The notes: a model not told the origin generated them from the letters alone. Counted from the whole stretch's first letter, positions 1 to 13,344 are shown. The stretch is DNA of 61,451 nt, filler included, from Dugesia japonica (GCA_001938525.1; 5 parts of 5 records of this genome joined end to end with filler, not necessarily neighbours in it); one strand, 5' to 3'. Made by a program: numbers and translations.

Positions 1-217
1 AAGTTTGAAAGCTGATCTTTAATTTTTATTAATTTAAAATAGGTAGAAAATTAATCGTTTTTAACTTCGCTTACAATAAAAATATCGAAATGGAAAATTT
101 TGGCGAGATTTATAAATATAATATATCAAATTTAATATTTACAATGCTGTTTAACTAACTGTATTATTATGAAATTATAAATATAATTAATTGACATTAA
201 ATATTAACATTTATACT

Positions 218-570
218 ATATTATCCGGACAATAAGGAGCAGCTGTAAATTTTTTTTGATTGATAAAACTCTCTTGAAACAAACTGCGCACAAATAATTC
301 TTTTTATCAAAATCAATATAAATAAATTTGTATAAAGATATTTAATTTAATTCTTTAATAAGTGTGTATTTTAATGTGCTAGATATTAGACAATACAACC
401 CGATATTGAATAGTATTATTCTATTAACTGCTTAAACATCATATTACACAATAAGATAAATAAATTAAAAAAGAATAAATAATTTCACCTATGAAACGAA
501 CTTCCTATGATGCAGATTTCAAATTAGAAATGAATGTTTTGCGAAAATACCTGAAAATAGGAGCAGCAGA
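218..570 (+). mobile_element. pogo-family DNA transposon 5' remnant
   Basis: Pogo-like terminus TATTATCCGGACAATAAGGAGCA at ~219. ATG at 491 reads MKRTSYDADFKLE, resembling the RRSYxAxFKL start of the pogo/POGK Brinker-type DNA-binding domain. Confidence 0.5.
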
Positions 571-2064
571 CAATATTTCACTCAAATACAGATGATGTAA
601 ACTCGGATGGATTTTTATATGATGTAGATAAATTATTATTGAGTGTGTTTTTAAAAGTTAGTTGAAATTTTTGTGTAATTGGTGATTATTTTTATATTTA
701 TTAGATTTATTAATAAAGTAAAATTTTTAAATAAATTTTAAATAATTTGAAAAATGATCACCAATTAAAACATGAGATTTTAATTTGTTTGAATACACAA
801 ATAGTGTAAGATAATTTATTTTGTGATAAATTTTCAATGAAATTGAATTTTGCTATTCATGATCTGATGAGTACTTCAAGCTTATCTATCATTGCTTAAA
901 AATTGTTTTCGTATAGATTTTAGTATTTTTTATATTATTTTTAAAAAAACTTTATTTTATCCTTTAATTGGTTTCTTTTTTGGAATTTTCATACTTGTAA
1001 CATTTATTTTGAATTATCATTTATTAATTCAAAAGATAATTTCCTAACTCGTTTGGCACCAAATACTAACGGTTGTAAATTCTCTACCTTTAAATAGAAT
1101 GAATATATGAATTATCATTTTATATATAATGTAAAATCAATATAAATTATCATCTGTTGAATATATGCATTAATTGTATCATGAAACCATATCAAAATAT
1201 TCATTATCCTTTCGTTTTTAAAATAATTAATTAACAAACAACTGTTATTAATTATATCAAATTTTTAGAAATAAATATTGTATAAATTGTGTTTGATAAC
1301 GATTCGATATCAAAATTAATCATAAATTACATTTATTCAAGAGAATGTCAGCTGAAGAAAAAAAAATTTACTAAGCAATATAAATAATTTTTTCTCCCAA
1401 CACTAACCAATAAGATAAGCGAGCTGTTCAATTTATCACAACTGCTATTTATAAACACAAAATATTTCTCTCACTATTGATTTATATGGGAACGATTCTG
1501 AAATAATTCATTTTATATTTCTTTTTCCATTTTCATTTATATTAATTTTAATAAATTGATTTAGAACCGTATTCAGGTAATTGTTGACAATAATAATTTT
1601 TATATGATAATAAAAACTAATTATATATTTAAATTATTTGTAATAATAATAATAAAAATAATAATAATAAAAATAATAGTTGTAATATTTATAAAATAAA
1701 TAAAACCTCATTATTTACATCATATAACGGAGGAGAGCATATGGATCCATTGTGATCCACAATTATGTTAACAGATTTTCGTGATTCCCCCTCGTCACAA
1801 ACTTCAATATTTGTCATCTAAAAGCGTACAGTTTATAATATTATTTGATTATTTTTAAAATATTTGAGGTTGAAAAACTAATATTTTTATATATTGGAGA
1901 TGCATAAAAGTTTATTGATTCATTTAGTTGTATTTATTATAAATTTATTTTAAAATTAAATTTAAATAAAATAATTAATTATGATATTTTCAAAATAGAA
2001 AATTCTCAAACAATCCACAACTACAATTAGTGCTAGAAAAATCATAGGATTTACGAAACTGAAT

Positions 2065-2440
2065 CAAATGGAAATAGTAAGTAATTTAAAAAGTTTTTTA
2101 TAAAATATAAATTTTATTACATTTCTAGATATATTTTACAATTGACAAAAATCTGTGAGAAATAAATCTTTGAATTAATTTACAAGAAGAATTGAAATTT
2201 CCAAAAAAGATCATGTAATTTAATGGTTTATATTATCTTGATCATATTCAAAACGAAATATTTATTTTTTATTTATATTTTTCATAATAAAAACAAATTA
2301 TAATACAAATCGACATTAGAAAATAAAAATTATTTTCCAAATATTATTCATTTATTATTTGTTCATCAAAGTAAAATAAAGTAAAATTTTATTTTAATAA
2401 TTTTATTAAAGAGTAAGACTTCGAACAGAATATTTTATAT
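2065..2440 (+). repeat. dispersed ~380-bp repeat, copy 1 (copy 2 at ~6365-6790)
   Basis: Collinear matches: AATGGAAATAGTAAGTAATT...AGATATATTTTACAATTGACAAAA...TGATCATATTCAAAAC...ATACAAATCGAC...AAGACTTC. Confidence 0.8.
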
Positions 2441-3429
2441 TGTTAATCATTATATTTACAACTGTAACTGCAAATCATCCATAATAATAATTATTAGATT
2501 GATTATTACAACATTTATTGATTATTATGAATATATGTTAAATGATATAAAAACAAATATTGCAATCTATGAGCAAAATATTGATGAAAGGAATAATGAC
2601 ACACATACAGGTTATCATTCTTGAGTTGGCGGGACTTCAAATATTTTTAGAATGATGACACATTTATACACATCTATATTGGGTTTTGAGTGGCTTAATT
2701 TATTAGAATAAATATTAATTCAATCATGATATGCTCATTACAGTAGTATTTGGAATATAATTTTGAAATATTGAGTCATTAGTTACATTTGTTACTGAAC
2801 AATATTTTTCATTTGAATATACAAATGGACTTGTATATAAAACATCATTTATTTACAGAGAGTTCTTTTAGTTTTTTTTAATCAGAAATACTACGTTAAA
2901 TTATGAAACTATGAAAATCTGAGCTTGGAAACTGTTTTTTAGTTGTCTTAAATGGGATAGCTTTATGAATAATGAAATATCAATTTGTTAATTTCGTTAT
3001 TTATAGTCTTAATAAGTAGATTGATTAATTTACATTTATTCAGGTTTTTAATTTATATTTGGTTTGGGTTAGAGTTTATTTTTATACTATTTCTAGTTAA
3101 AGAATAGAACGCTTATCTATGCAATCAGCCTCAACGTTCAAATCAAATATAAGATTGACTTACAAATGTGAAATAAAGAAATCTCTACAAATTCGTTGAT
3201 AATCAATTTGATTTATTATAACTCATAATTAATCAGCTTACAAAATGAAAACAGGTATTATTTTACTGGTTATTTTATTAAATAAATGAATATTAGAATA
3301 TTATATAATAATTATAGCTTTTATATTATATTAATAAGAAATTAATATCCGTTTTGGACTCAATTTTAAAGTGAAATAACTCAACAGCTAAACTAAATTA
3401 ATAAATCCAGTTATTTAATAAAACCCATC

Positions 3430-3810
3430 TTCTATTGAACCTCAATATACAATCCATGAAAGGGTTGTAGATATTTCCCTTGAAGTAGCGACAAGCAGAC
3501 TGCGAAACGCAGATATTTTTCTTTTTCACTTAAGTCACGTGGCATTGATTTTTCAAACATATTATTTTTGCCCAATATGTGAGATGATTTAAATTTGATA
3601 TAATACGGATATTTAACTCTTGGGTAAGCTGTTAAAATGTTGTGGGTTTATTTGTTTTAACCAAGTCGTTTAATTTGTCTTTATCCAAAGAAGCTGAACG
3701 TTCACGACCTTCTACATCTTCCAAGCTATCATCTCCAAATATAAATTTTTGGAACCACATTCGTATTGAGCGCTCATTGACCAAATATACGACTGATATT
3801 TCAACATTAA
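3430..3810 (-). mobile_element. mariner transposase N-terminal (HTH) remnant, degraded
   Basis: Minus strand reads VNERSIRMWFQKFIFGDDSLEDVEGRERSASLDKDKLNDLVKTN...*QLTQELNI, then a degenerate WVPHEL-like MPRDLSEKEK. Stops and frameshifts present. Confidence 0.8.
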
Positions 3811-4189
3811 TAAAAACTGTTAAATAGTAATTAAATATTATTAAAAAATGAATTTGAGTTATTTCAGTTTAAAATTTTAAAAGTCAAAAGTGAACATTAA
3901 TTTCTTGCCAACCTACTCTAAATTCTCAAATAATTCCCCATTTCGAAAACAATTTGACGTTGATGATTCGAAAGTTGTAAAAGTATTTATTTTTTTTAAA
4001 TGTTTTTGATGAGAGATTCCAAGATTATTGTCGAATTTAGAACGATAAAAACCATAGGAAATATTAAATAATTAGCAAATTACTGTTAATGGTCGAAACT
4101 AAATTATTGAAGCATTAATATATATTCATCAATAATATTAAAAAACCAAGACTCCTCATTTTCATAGAATAGAATATTTTAAAATTTAA

Positions 4190-5240
4190 ATTCTGTAATT
4201 ATGTTTGCGTTGTATATTAGATCAAGAATGGGATCTTTTGAAATTATTAGTATATTTCTCTCCCATAAAATGTTGATCTAAAATCTTATTTTAATCTTCA
4301 TTTAGGATTTTCCAATTGTCCAGAAACCATTGAGAGATAATGTCATTCAAAGGTGGGTCTACTTTTCATCTAGTTGTTCTGGGTACATTAGATAATTTGG
4401 ACCAATCTTCAGCAACCCTGCAAAAATACTGCTTGATAGCATAAAACCAACAGGTATCAGTAGGTTGCTGAATTGAAGATAATCTACGTGGAATAACACA
4501 AAACGGAATCTTTCTTCTTTGGAAATAAGGAATCACATCTTTTGAATGATGAGGTCTTGTAAAAATCAATCTATTTTTTTTACAAATATTAGAATTAATC
4601 CAACAATTTGATGCTGTTAATTGGATGACGTATTTATCGAATTATTTTCCTTGGTTTTTACTTTCAAAATAATTGTTGGTTTCAATTTTCGTCCCGCAGC
4701 AGAAGCACATCACATATCATTTATTCTAAATATGCTTAGAATTGCAAATTTTACAGGAAATTTCTTAATTTCAATTCTTTCAATTGTTTTCTTAGAATTT
4801 TCTTCGATAAAGATAGCAGTTTCATCTAGGTTGTAGGTTTTTTCAATGCTTATCTTAAACTCAGAAATTACTTTTTGATATGAGAAAAAAGGGATAAGCA
4901 ACTATTTTTTCATCACTCAATATTGGAATTCTGTTTGCTCTTCTAAAAGTATATTCGTAAATTTCCATAAAATGTTGAAGCCACCAGCAAACACGTTGAA
5001 ACCATCTAAGTTTTGAGCCCAATTAACAATTTCTCTTCCAATAACCTTTTCTTTCTGAAGACCTTTTCCTTTACAGTTTCATCTAAGATTGACTCAATCT
5101 CATAAACATTTCCTATCGATATTTTAATCTTTGGCAGTTTTTCCGTAGTTCTTTAAAATTTTAAACTTTTCAATAGCATCTAGTTTAACTTTTTTTATAA
5201 AATTTCAAATGCTTCTTTTTTTGGACAAGAATTGAATGAA
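4190..5240 (-). mobile_element. pogo/Tigger-type (DDE_1) transposase pseudogene
   Basis: YNLDETAIF (first catalytic D) and IPRRLSSIQQPTDTCWF (LQPxD motif), broken across several frames. Confidence 0.8.
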
Positions 5241-6364
5241 TATACAGATCAATAATTTTTTAATTTATAATATAAATGGGGGGGTGATTATTTGAGAATT
5301 AAGAGTTGTAATTTTACCTTTTCGAATGTCCTCATGATTGATTTTTAGATTTTAACTATTATATTTATCATATTTTATAATTAATCATAATAATAATACT
5401 AATAAATGTCAAAGATTTTATTCATTAAAATAACTCCCAACTTTGTTGGTATTTTAGTTGAATATATAACTATTATAATTTGATTAAGGAAACATTATAT
5501 TCTGTTATAAATAATATAATTATTTATATTTATATTTTATATATATTTCTGAAAGAATTATAATTATTTGATAAATATGAAGNNNNNNNNNNNNNNNNNN
5601 NNNNNNNNNNNNNNNNNNNNNNNNNNNNNNNNNNNNNNNNNNNNNNNNNNNNNNNNNNNNNNNNNNNNNNNNNNNNNNNNNNNNNNNNNNNNNNNNNNNN
5701 NNNNNNNNNGTTTAAATAAAATTTAACCATTTAGCAAAATATATTTTCATAAAAGTAAATTAAAAAATTTAAATTAAAAAAAATTAAACAATTTTCCTAA
5801 AAGTATAAAATCGATGAAGTAATCATCAATTCGATATTCAATTCTGGGAAAATACACAACAACTTTTTATGCTTTACAAATACAATGGAATTGGAATCNN
5901 NNNNNNNNNNNNNNNNNNNNNNNNNNNNNNNNNNNNNNNNNNNNNNNNAAATAATATAATTATTTATATTTATATTTTATATATATTTCTGAAAGAATTA
6001 TAATTATTTGATAAATATGAAGCTAATAAAATAGAAATGTAAAATATTAATTACAGCTTCAAAATATCTATAAAGTACAATAAAAATAAAAAGTATTTTA
6101 AAAATTGGTATTATTAAAATAATATTCTTTTAAATAAATTAAAACTATCGTTTAAATAAAATTTAACCATTTAGCAAAATATATTTTCATAAAAGTAAAT
6201 TAAAAAATTNAAATTAAAAAAAATTAAACAATTTTCCTAAAAGTATAAAATCGATGAAGTAATNATCAATTCGATATTCAATTCTGGGAAAATACACAAC
6301 AACTTTTTATGCTTTACAAATACAATGGAATTGGAATCAACGAATTTGTCTAATAACTAATATT

Positions 6365-6790
6365 AAATGGAAATAGTAAGTAATTTTCTAGTTTAAAAAT
6401 TAATTATTTTAACTTTTTCTAGATATATTTTACAATTGACAAAATCTAGGAGAAATAAATATTTACTTTGAATTAATATACAAGAAGAATTGAATTTTCC
6501 ACAAATGAATGATACAAAATTTTCATTCAATATTTTGTAAAGCGTCATATAAATAATGTTACAATGTTTTATCAAAGAACACATACTGATCATATTCAAA
6601 ACCAAATATTTATTTTTTATTTATATTTTTCATAATAAAAATAAATTATAATACAAATCGACCAAATTATTTTACTAAGGTGATTTATTTATTAATTGTT
6701 CTTCAAAGAAAGTAACATCAAGTAAAATATTATTTTATTAATTTTATTAATAATTATTTTTAGAAAAAGACTTCAAACAAAAAATTTCTT
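6365..6790 (+). repeat. dispersed ~400-bp repeat, copy 2
   Basis: Diverged direct copy of 2065-2440. Confidence 0.8.
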
Positions 6791-7455
6791 ATTTTTTTGG
6801 GCTGAAATATATAAAATTTAAAATATAAAATATCTAATCAAATTATTCTTCGAACATTTTATTATGTTGAGTGAGTAACTGATTCTAATTTTATGTTGAT
6901 AGAACGGTGTTCACCATGCGCAATTACCAAATATAATATTCAATAAATTTATTTATATTCTTATATATATATTTTTATTTACATATAGTTCCTTGCCGTA
7001 TTATTTTATTGTATTTTTACAATTTATTTATAACATTATATTTTCAGATTTCAACACCTTCTTGGGGTAAAATTTTTAAAACGAAGAATTCAGATTCTCA
7101 CATATTCATAGAGAAATCAACTAGAAAATAGTTGAAAATTTCAATTTTTTTAGATGTGCATTTCATTATCGTTCGTAAATTAATGTTGAAATTTCAAAAT
7201 ATTAATTAATTATTAATAATTAATTAGTATTAAAATAAAAACTTACATACATTTTTGAATTATTTAAAAATAGCGAATATTTAAACAAAAAAAAATTTTA
7301 ACTACGCAAGAAATATTCTTAACAAACTACTAAAAATTTATAAAACACTTGGTCAGCCAATATTTCATAAGTTTTTAAATATTAAAACATTTTTTAATAT
7401 TTTATTTCACGGGCCTTTATCTACTGATAAATTATTATTGGATATTACATTAGAG

Positions 7456-8134
7456 CAGTGGTTCTTAACTGATGTTCCGCGGAACACTAATGTTTCATTG
7501 GACAAAAACTTAATAAAACTCTACAGAAATATATATATAATATATATAAATATAATATATAATTTCAATAATATTTCAAAAATATATTATCCTAGGAAAC
7601 CTTTAATTATACACTAAACTATTAATTAGTTGATCTTTTTAAGTTATGCAATTCTACCGCTTTTAAAATATTCAACGTTACTACCATAAAATTCTTCTAT
7701 AATTCCAATGGTTATGTTCTTAAATGTTCTTTATATACCTATATTGTTTTGGTCATAAATATACCTTTATCTATAAAAATAATTTTTTTAAATCTACAAT
7801 TTTAGAGATGCTATAGTTCTCCACGTTTTTCTTTCTAAGTTTTAAAAAATTTACCAAAAGTATCATTTATTTTCAATATTTTATTCTAAATGGCTCAGAA
7901 TACAAAAAACATAAAAAATGCAAGAACGACCAATAATAAATATAATGACGGATTTAAATTCTTTTTTCAAATGACGAGTTTTCCTTCAGCCTTCCCAGCA
8001 CCACTCAATCACAACGTTGGCACAAGTCTTGAACCTTCATTTTCAATCGATAGACAGTTGATAGGGCCTGTGTTCCGTCAAAGCATTTGAGATAACAAGG
8101 AGTTCCCTCTTTATAAATAGGTTAATAACCACTA
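7456..8134. mobile_element. non-autonomous hAT (Charlie/Buster-like) element
   Basis: TIRs CAGTGGTTCTTAAC...GTTAATAACCACTA. 8-bp TSD CATTAGAG (7448-7455) / CATTATAG (8135-8142). Confidence 0.85.
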
Positions 8135-8473
8135 CATTATAGACTAAAACTTATTATTACAATTTGTTAAAATTAAGCCTTGTTTTCTATACATCTGATT
8201 AAGTTGTCTGTATCTTTTGAGTTTAACTTCATAATAATAAAAATGATTTTTTTTCAATTTGCAAATAAAACCATTATTACCTCTAGATAAAGCTATTCAT
8301 TACGGTTTGAAATACTAAAATGCTCGTATGGGAGACTAATATTTTCATCTTTCCACACACGCTTATTTTTTGCGTTAGCCAAAGTTATTTAAGGATCATT
8401 AATGCTTAATAGTTGATGGTTTTACTGAAAATTCTAAAATGCTTAAATGAGACCTTTTGATTATTATTATAAC

Positions 8474-11400
8474 TGTTAGGAAAATCTTCAATTGGTAATT
8501 CATTTTGCAAATCACTACTAATATTTTGAGACATCATTTATTTTACTACTACAACACATGTTTCATAATATAAATAATATTAAAATACAATCATTTCAAT
8601 ATTAATATTTATATAACTCAATTTCTATTGGGTGAAATTATTAATTAATAGTTATTTCTTAATATTCCCATTCTTGAGAAACGTCTAAGTTTTTCCACAT
8701 TTCTTTCTAATTGCTGTCCATTTTCTTCTTGGATTGCATACCGCATTTGATGAATTTTCTCAATTATTCGATAAACTTCTTCAAATCTGTCTTGACTTTT
8801 ATTTCTAGTTTCCACTTTGATGAGTACTAAATCGCCACTTTGAATTCTCTTTTAGTAATCACATATGAAATGTTTTCTTTATTTCTATCTTAAATGTCTG
8901 ACTCGTACCACTTTTCTCTGCTAATTTTCTTTCTAAATAAGATTTCAGCTAGGCTCACTCCAGTCGTCCTCTGTTTTGTTGCGTTCCTTGTAATATCTAT
9001 TTCCGGTAAAAGATCTTCCCAATCTGGTAACTTTTTTTCCTGAAGTGTTGAATTAATTATATCTCAAATTGTCCTGAACTGTCTCTCATTTTATACGTTT
9101 GCATTATGATGATAGAAACTCGAAATCAAAGTTTAATATCTAGCTTCAGTACAAAATCTCTCATAACTCTGGATTCAAAAGCTTTTCCACAATCTAATAT
9201 TATCTCTATTGGACATTCAAATCTCAGTATCCATGTTTCAAAAATAGCTTTTCGTATTGATTCCTCGTCTTGTCTATGCAATGGTATAAGAATCAAATAT
9301 TTACTGTACTGGTCAATTTTTCCAAGAATATATTTTTTTTCGTCCACTTGTTTCTCGCATTGGTCCACATATATTTGTGAATATCACTTCAAATAAACTG
9401 GTAGCTTTTAATCTCTTTATCTACTCTTTAGTTGCTGTTGTCATTACTTTGATCTTCTGAAAAATTTCACAACTTCGAACTATCTTCTGTATTTGGCTGC
9501 ACAAATTCTTTGCAATAAATCTTTACTAAAATATTCGTACACCTTATCAATTCCTGCATGACATAATAATTTTTTGTATTTCTTCTATTGTTTCACGTAG
9601 TTTGCCTTCCGGAAATTTCATCATCTTGAACAAATTTGTTTACTCAGAAATGTTTAAATGATCTTCTTTTTCCTTTTTAATTGTGTTCAGTATTCTCGTT
9701 TTAATCTTCCTTTTCTTGGCTACTTAATGTGACGTTTGACACTGTACATATACCTCACACATTGGTCTAGATAACATATCTGCATTAGCATGTATAATTG
9801 AAAACCATGTCTAAACTGCTCAGATAATTAATCCATGTCTGGAATTGCAACGTAATTGGTTTTTTTGTCGTCATCATGAAAGTTAGAGCTTTGTGAGATA
9901 TTCTAAGAGTAAATCTTCTAGCGTCCAAGTAATATTTGACATGCATACAGAAACAATAAACAGCCAATAATTTCTTTCGTGTAATGCAGTATCCCTTTTC
10001 ATGACGTATCATTGAGTGTGATCCATATGTAACTACTATTTATATTTCTTCTTTATCTCTCTGTGACAATACTGCTCCAATTGTATCAAAACTGGCATCC
10101 GTGTCTAATATAAATTGTTTGTTTATGTCCGGAAAACACAATATTGTTGCATTCATTACAGATATTTTCAAATCCTCAAAGATATCTTTTATTTCATCTG
10201 TACATTATAATTTCTTGTTGCTTGGTCCGCTACACAAATGCTCTAATATTTTTGATTTTCTTGTGTAGTCTTCTATAAACTTCCTGTAATAATTACAAGT
10301 TCCCAAGAAACTTCGTAACTTCTTCACACAGTTAGGTTTGCCAAATGTTCTTATAGCTTCTAATTTAGATTGATCAGTTCTAACATTATCTCTGTTAATT
10401 ATGTGTCCAAGAAATATGATTTTGCATCGCAAAAACTGACACTTCCTGATTAATTCTTAGACCAGCCTTCATTATTTACGTCAATACGCTTTCAATTACT
10501 TGATAGTGTTGATCTTTCTTGTTCATAAATATCAGAATTTCATCAAGATAAACCATGGCTCCATTGATTCCGCCTACAACTTTTGTCATCATCACTTGAA
10601 ATGTCCCTGGTGCCGCTTCGATGCCAAATTGCTTTCTAATAAAACAATATTGTCCATGTTTAGTTGAAAACGCTGTTTTTTCTAGAGATTCTACTTCGAG
10701 CTCTACATGAAAGTATGCATTTCCAAAATCTATTGAACTGAAATATTTGGCTCCATCTAACTTGTCCAGCATTTCATAGGAAAGGCTTGTTTTTTTGTTA
10801 CTGCATTCAATTGTCTGAAATCCAAAAATATTCTTATGTCTTTCTTTTTCTTTGCCAAATACAGATCAGTGGAATATTTTAAGGAGTGTTACATTTCCGG
10901 ATAATATTATTCTCAAAAATGGTTTGGATAGCTTCTTCAATTTTAAATTCTAAGTTCATTGGTTGTCTATATGGTTTTACATTGATTGGTTCACCACTTG
11001 TGATTATTTTGGTATCCAAAAATCCTTTGCATATCTATTCTATCGATCAGATTAGCAACTGAGAAATTGATCTCTTTGCAAACCTCATCAATTATCACTC
11101 CGGTTCTAATTTTTCCAAATATCTCAAGTGTACTATTATTACTTCTCGTAATTTATTAAAACAATTCACACTCTCCACGTTAATTCAAGCCCATGTATTT
11201 AATATACATTCTACGTTATTTTCTTCAATTGATACCGTACCACTTGGTCTGCCTTGCAATTTATAGTACGAAATATTTGTTTTCTTTTCTGCTTCAATTG
11301 TTCCAACCTATTCTACTTTTTTATCATCCGCTAAATTTTCTCTCTTTAAGAACCTGTATACTTTTCCTGTAACTTTTTCTATATCATCCAACTTTTTGAT

Positions 11401-11885
11401 CCCTTGAAAATAATTAATAACTTCATTTAACAATGGATGGCTCCAACCAACTCCTCTACTGGTAGACCCCTGTCTTTTGGGTACTGACTTTTAGAATCAC
11501 TTTCATATGCTTCCACATATCCATCGTTTGTAATGATATCTTCATCTGCGATCGCATGTACCCGATTATATCGGTTTCTTGATCTTTCTGCAGTCAAAAA
11601 TTTCTCATTTGTTCTTTTCGCTTTCAAATTTGTGTAGCACTCTTCTGCTCTACGTCCAACATTACCACTTCTTGAAATAACCTTCTAATATGGCTAACCT
11701 TTCCACAAAGAATATTTTGTTTATAGGTCTTGTTGTATGACAACTCCAGCACTCTACTACTTTTATTGTCGGACAATTTGCTTTATAAGGAATGATCTTA
11801 TAACTTGACCAACATTCGATATTTTGTTTTTCCTTTCTTTGCTCCACATATCTATTCACTGTATGATTAACCAGTTTTTGATTAT
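8474..11885 (-). mobile_element. degenerate Ty3/Gypsy LTR retrotransposon (gag zinc knuckles, RT, RNase H, integrase, probable 3' LTR 8474-8664)
   Basis: RT: KTAFSTKHGQY, MVYLDEIL, LRSFLGTCNYYRKFI. RNase H: LDTDAS, YCITRKKLLA. Integrase: IILDCGKAFES. Gag has repeated ECWSC-type knuckles. Domain order RT-RH-INT. Many stops and frameshifts. Confidence 0.92.
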
Positions 11886-11888
11886 TTT

Positions 11889-12151
11889 GAGTAGATGGAT
11901 AGTGGCGGTAAACCTCTGCACACATGCAGTACCCATCCCCGACGATTAGTGATGTAATTAGGGCGATTATCTGAAATTTGATAGTTAATCTATGATGTAA
12001 TTACATCATCGGTAATTTAATCCACCAATTAAATTTATTATGCAATTTTTAATTGGTAATATTTTTTCCAATACGCTTTTGGCGGTAAAAATTTTTTCAA
12101 TGATTTTAGTTGGCGAAAATTTTTTCCTATGGTTTTAGTTGGCAATATTTT
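11889..12151 (+). mobile_element. putative Polinton/Maverick-type terminal fragment truncating the Gypsy element
   Basis: Begins AGTAGATGGATAGTGGCGG...CACACATGCAG...CCCCGACG, matching 25878ff and, inverted, 12939-12975. Followed by short GTTGGC tandem repeats. Confidence 0.45.
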
Positions 12152-12406
12152 NNNNNNNNNNNNNNNNNNNNNNNNNNNNNNNNNNNNNNNNNNNNNNNNN
12201 NNNNNNNNNNNNNNNNNNNNNNNNNNNNNNNNNNNNNNNNNNNNNNNNNTTTAAATAATATGAAAATTTAAAAAATTTTTAAATCCATTTTTCTGGGAAT
12301 CCGGAGCATGAAAAATTTAATAAATAATTTTTTAATTTTTACAACATATAGTTATTTTTAGATATATCGACTCAGAATTTTACGGCGATCATTTTTGGTT
12401 TTCCCA

Positions 12407-12506
12407 NNNNNNNNNNNNNNNNNNNNNNNNNNNNNNNNNNNNNNNNNNNNTTAATTAATTAANNNNNNNNNNNNNNNNNNNNNNNNNNNNNNNNNNNNNN
12501 NNNNNN
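12407..12506. other. artificial contig spacer (N44-TTAATTAATTAA-N44)
   Basis: The same 100-bp construct occurs at 26015-26114, 42337-42436 and 52107-52206. The 12-mer has stop codons in all six frames. Confidence 0.95.
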
Positions 12507-12525
12507 AAAAAAAAAAATAAAAAAA

Positions 12526-12655
12526 AAAATTCTCGTCAAAAAAAAATTCTCGTCAAAAAAAATTTCGTCAAAAAATTCTCGTCAAAAAAAAATGTCTCGT
12601 CAAAAAAAAATTTCGTCAAAAAATTCTCGTTAAATAAAATTCTCGTCAAAAAAAA
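12526..12655 (+). repeat. minisatellite of AAAAATTCTCGTC-like units
   Basis: About 8 tandem TT(C)TCGTCAAAAAA units. Confidence 0.9.
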
Positions 12656-12659
12656 TTTT

Positions 12660-12975
12660 TTTCTTACCCCACCCCCCCTTCCGGGGGGTTGAGTCATGCT
12701 GATCTAGAAAAACGATGAGTCACCCTGATCTAGAGATTTTTGGGTTTGTTTAAATGGACTTAGAAAATTTTTCGAAAAACGATGAGTCACCCTGATCTAG
12801 AAAAACGATGACTCATCGTTATGACTAATCGTCTTTGTTTCAGTGGCCGATGAGTCATACTTATGAGTCATCGTCTTTGTTCTAGTCATCGATGAGTCAT
12901 ACTTATGATTCATTGGGGGAGGGGGTCCGCCCAGCGCCATGCATGTGATCTAGTGTGCCACTATCTACCTACTCT
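12660..12975 (-). mobile_element. putative Polinton-type terminal region with AP-1-like (TGASTCA) repeat cluster
   Basis: Seven perfect TGAGTCA/TGACTCA motifs, repeated CTGATCTAGA, and G/C runs. The end reads AGTAGGTAGATAGTGGC on the minus strand. Confidence 0.45.
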
Positions 12976-13344
12976 CAGCCAAATATTATTGCCGAATTCT
13001 AGAATAAACAATAAAAATTATATTTAATATTCTATATTCACCCTTTATTATGAAAGAAACAATGATATTATGATTTAAAATCTTTCTAGCCAAGAAACTG
13101 AAGTTATATTGGATACTTGATTTTTTTATTTGATGTGTATTTACTATTATGATATTAATATTAATTTAAATGAATTTGGCTGTTTTATAAATTTTGAAGG
13201 ATTTTCTAGACCAGTACCAAATTTTTAATTAAAAAATTAGAACAATTACTACAATAATTTTAAAAATTCTTTTATTATGAAATAATAGTAAACATGTAAT
13301 AACTTTTCAGATTTGAAAATCAAAATTTTTACATAGTAGCTTAC

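Noticed and set aside
5510-6338. Tandem duplication 5510-5898 / 5950-6338
   Set aside because: The copies are essentially identical and broken by N runs, so this is most likely an unmerged contig overlap (assembly artefact).
12526-12912. Regularly repeated short motifs resembling a CRISPR array
   Set aside because: There are no unique spacers of constant length and no cas genes, and the context is eukaryotic. These are minisatellite/subterminal repeats.
12925-12955. Helitron-like 3' end (GATCTAG-T)
   Set aside because: There is no convincing subterminal hairpin, and homology to the AGTAG termini continues past the CTAG.
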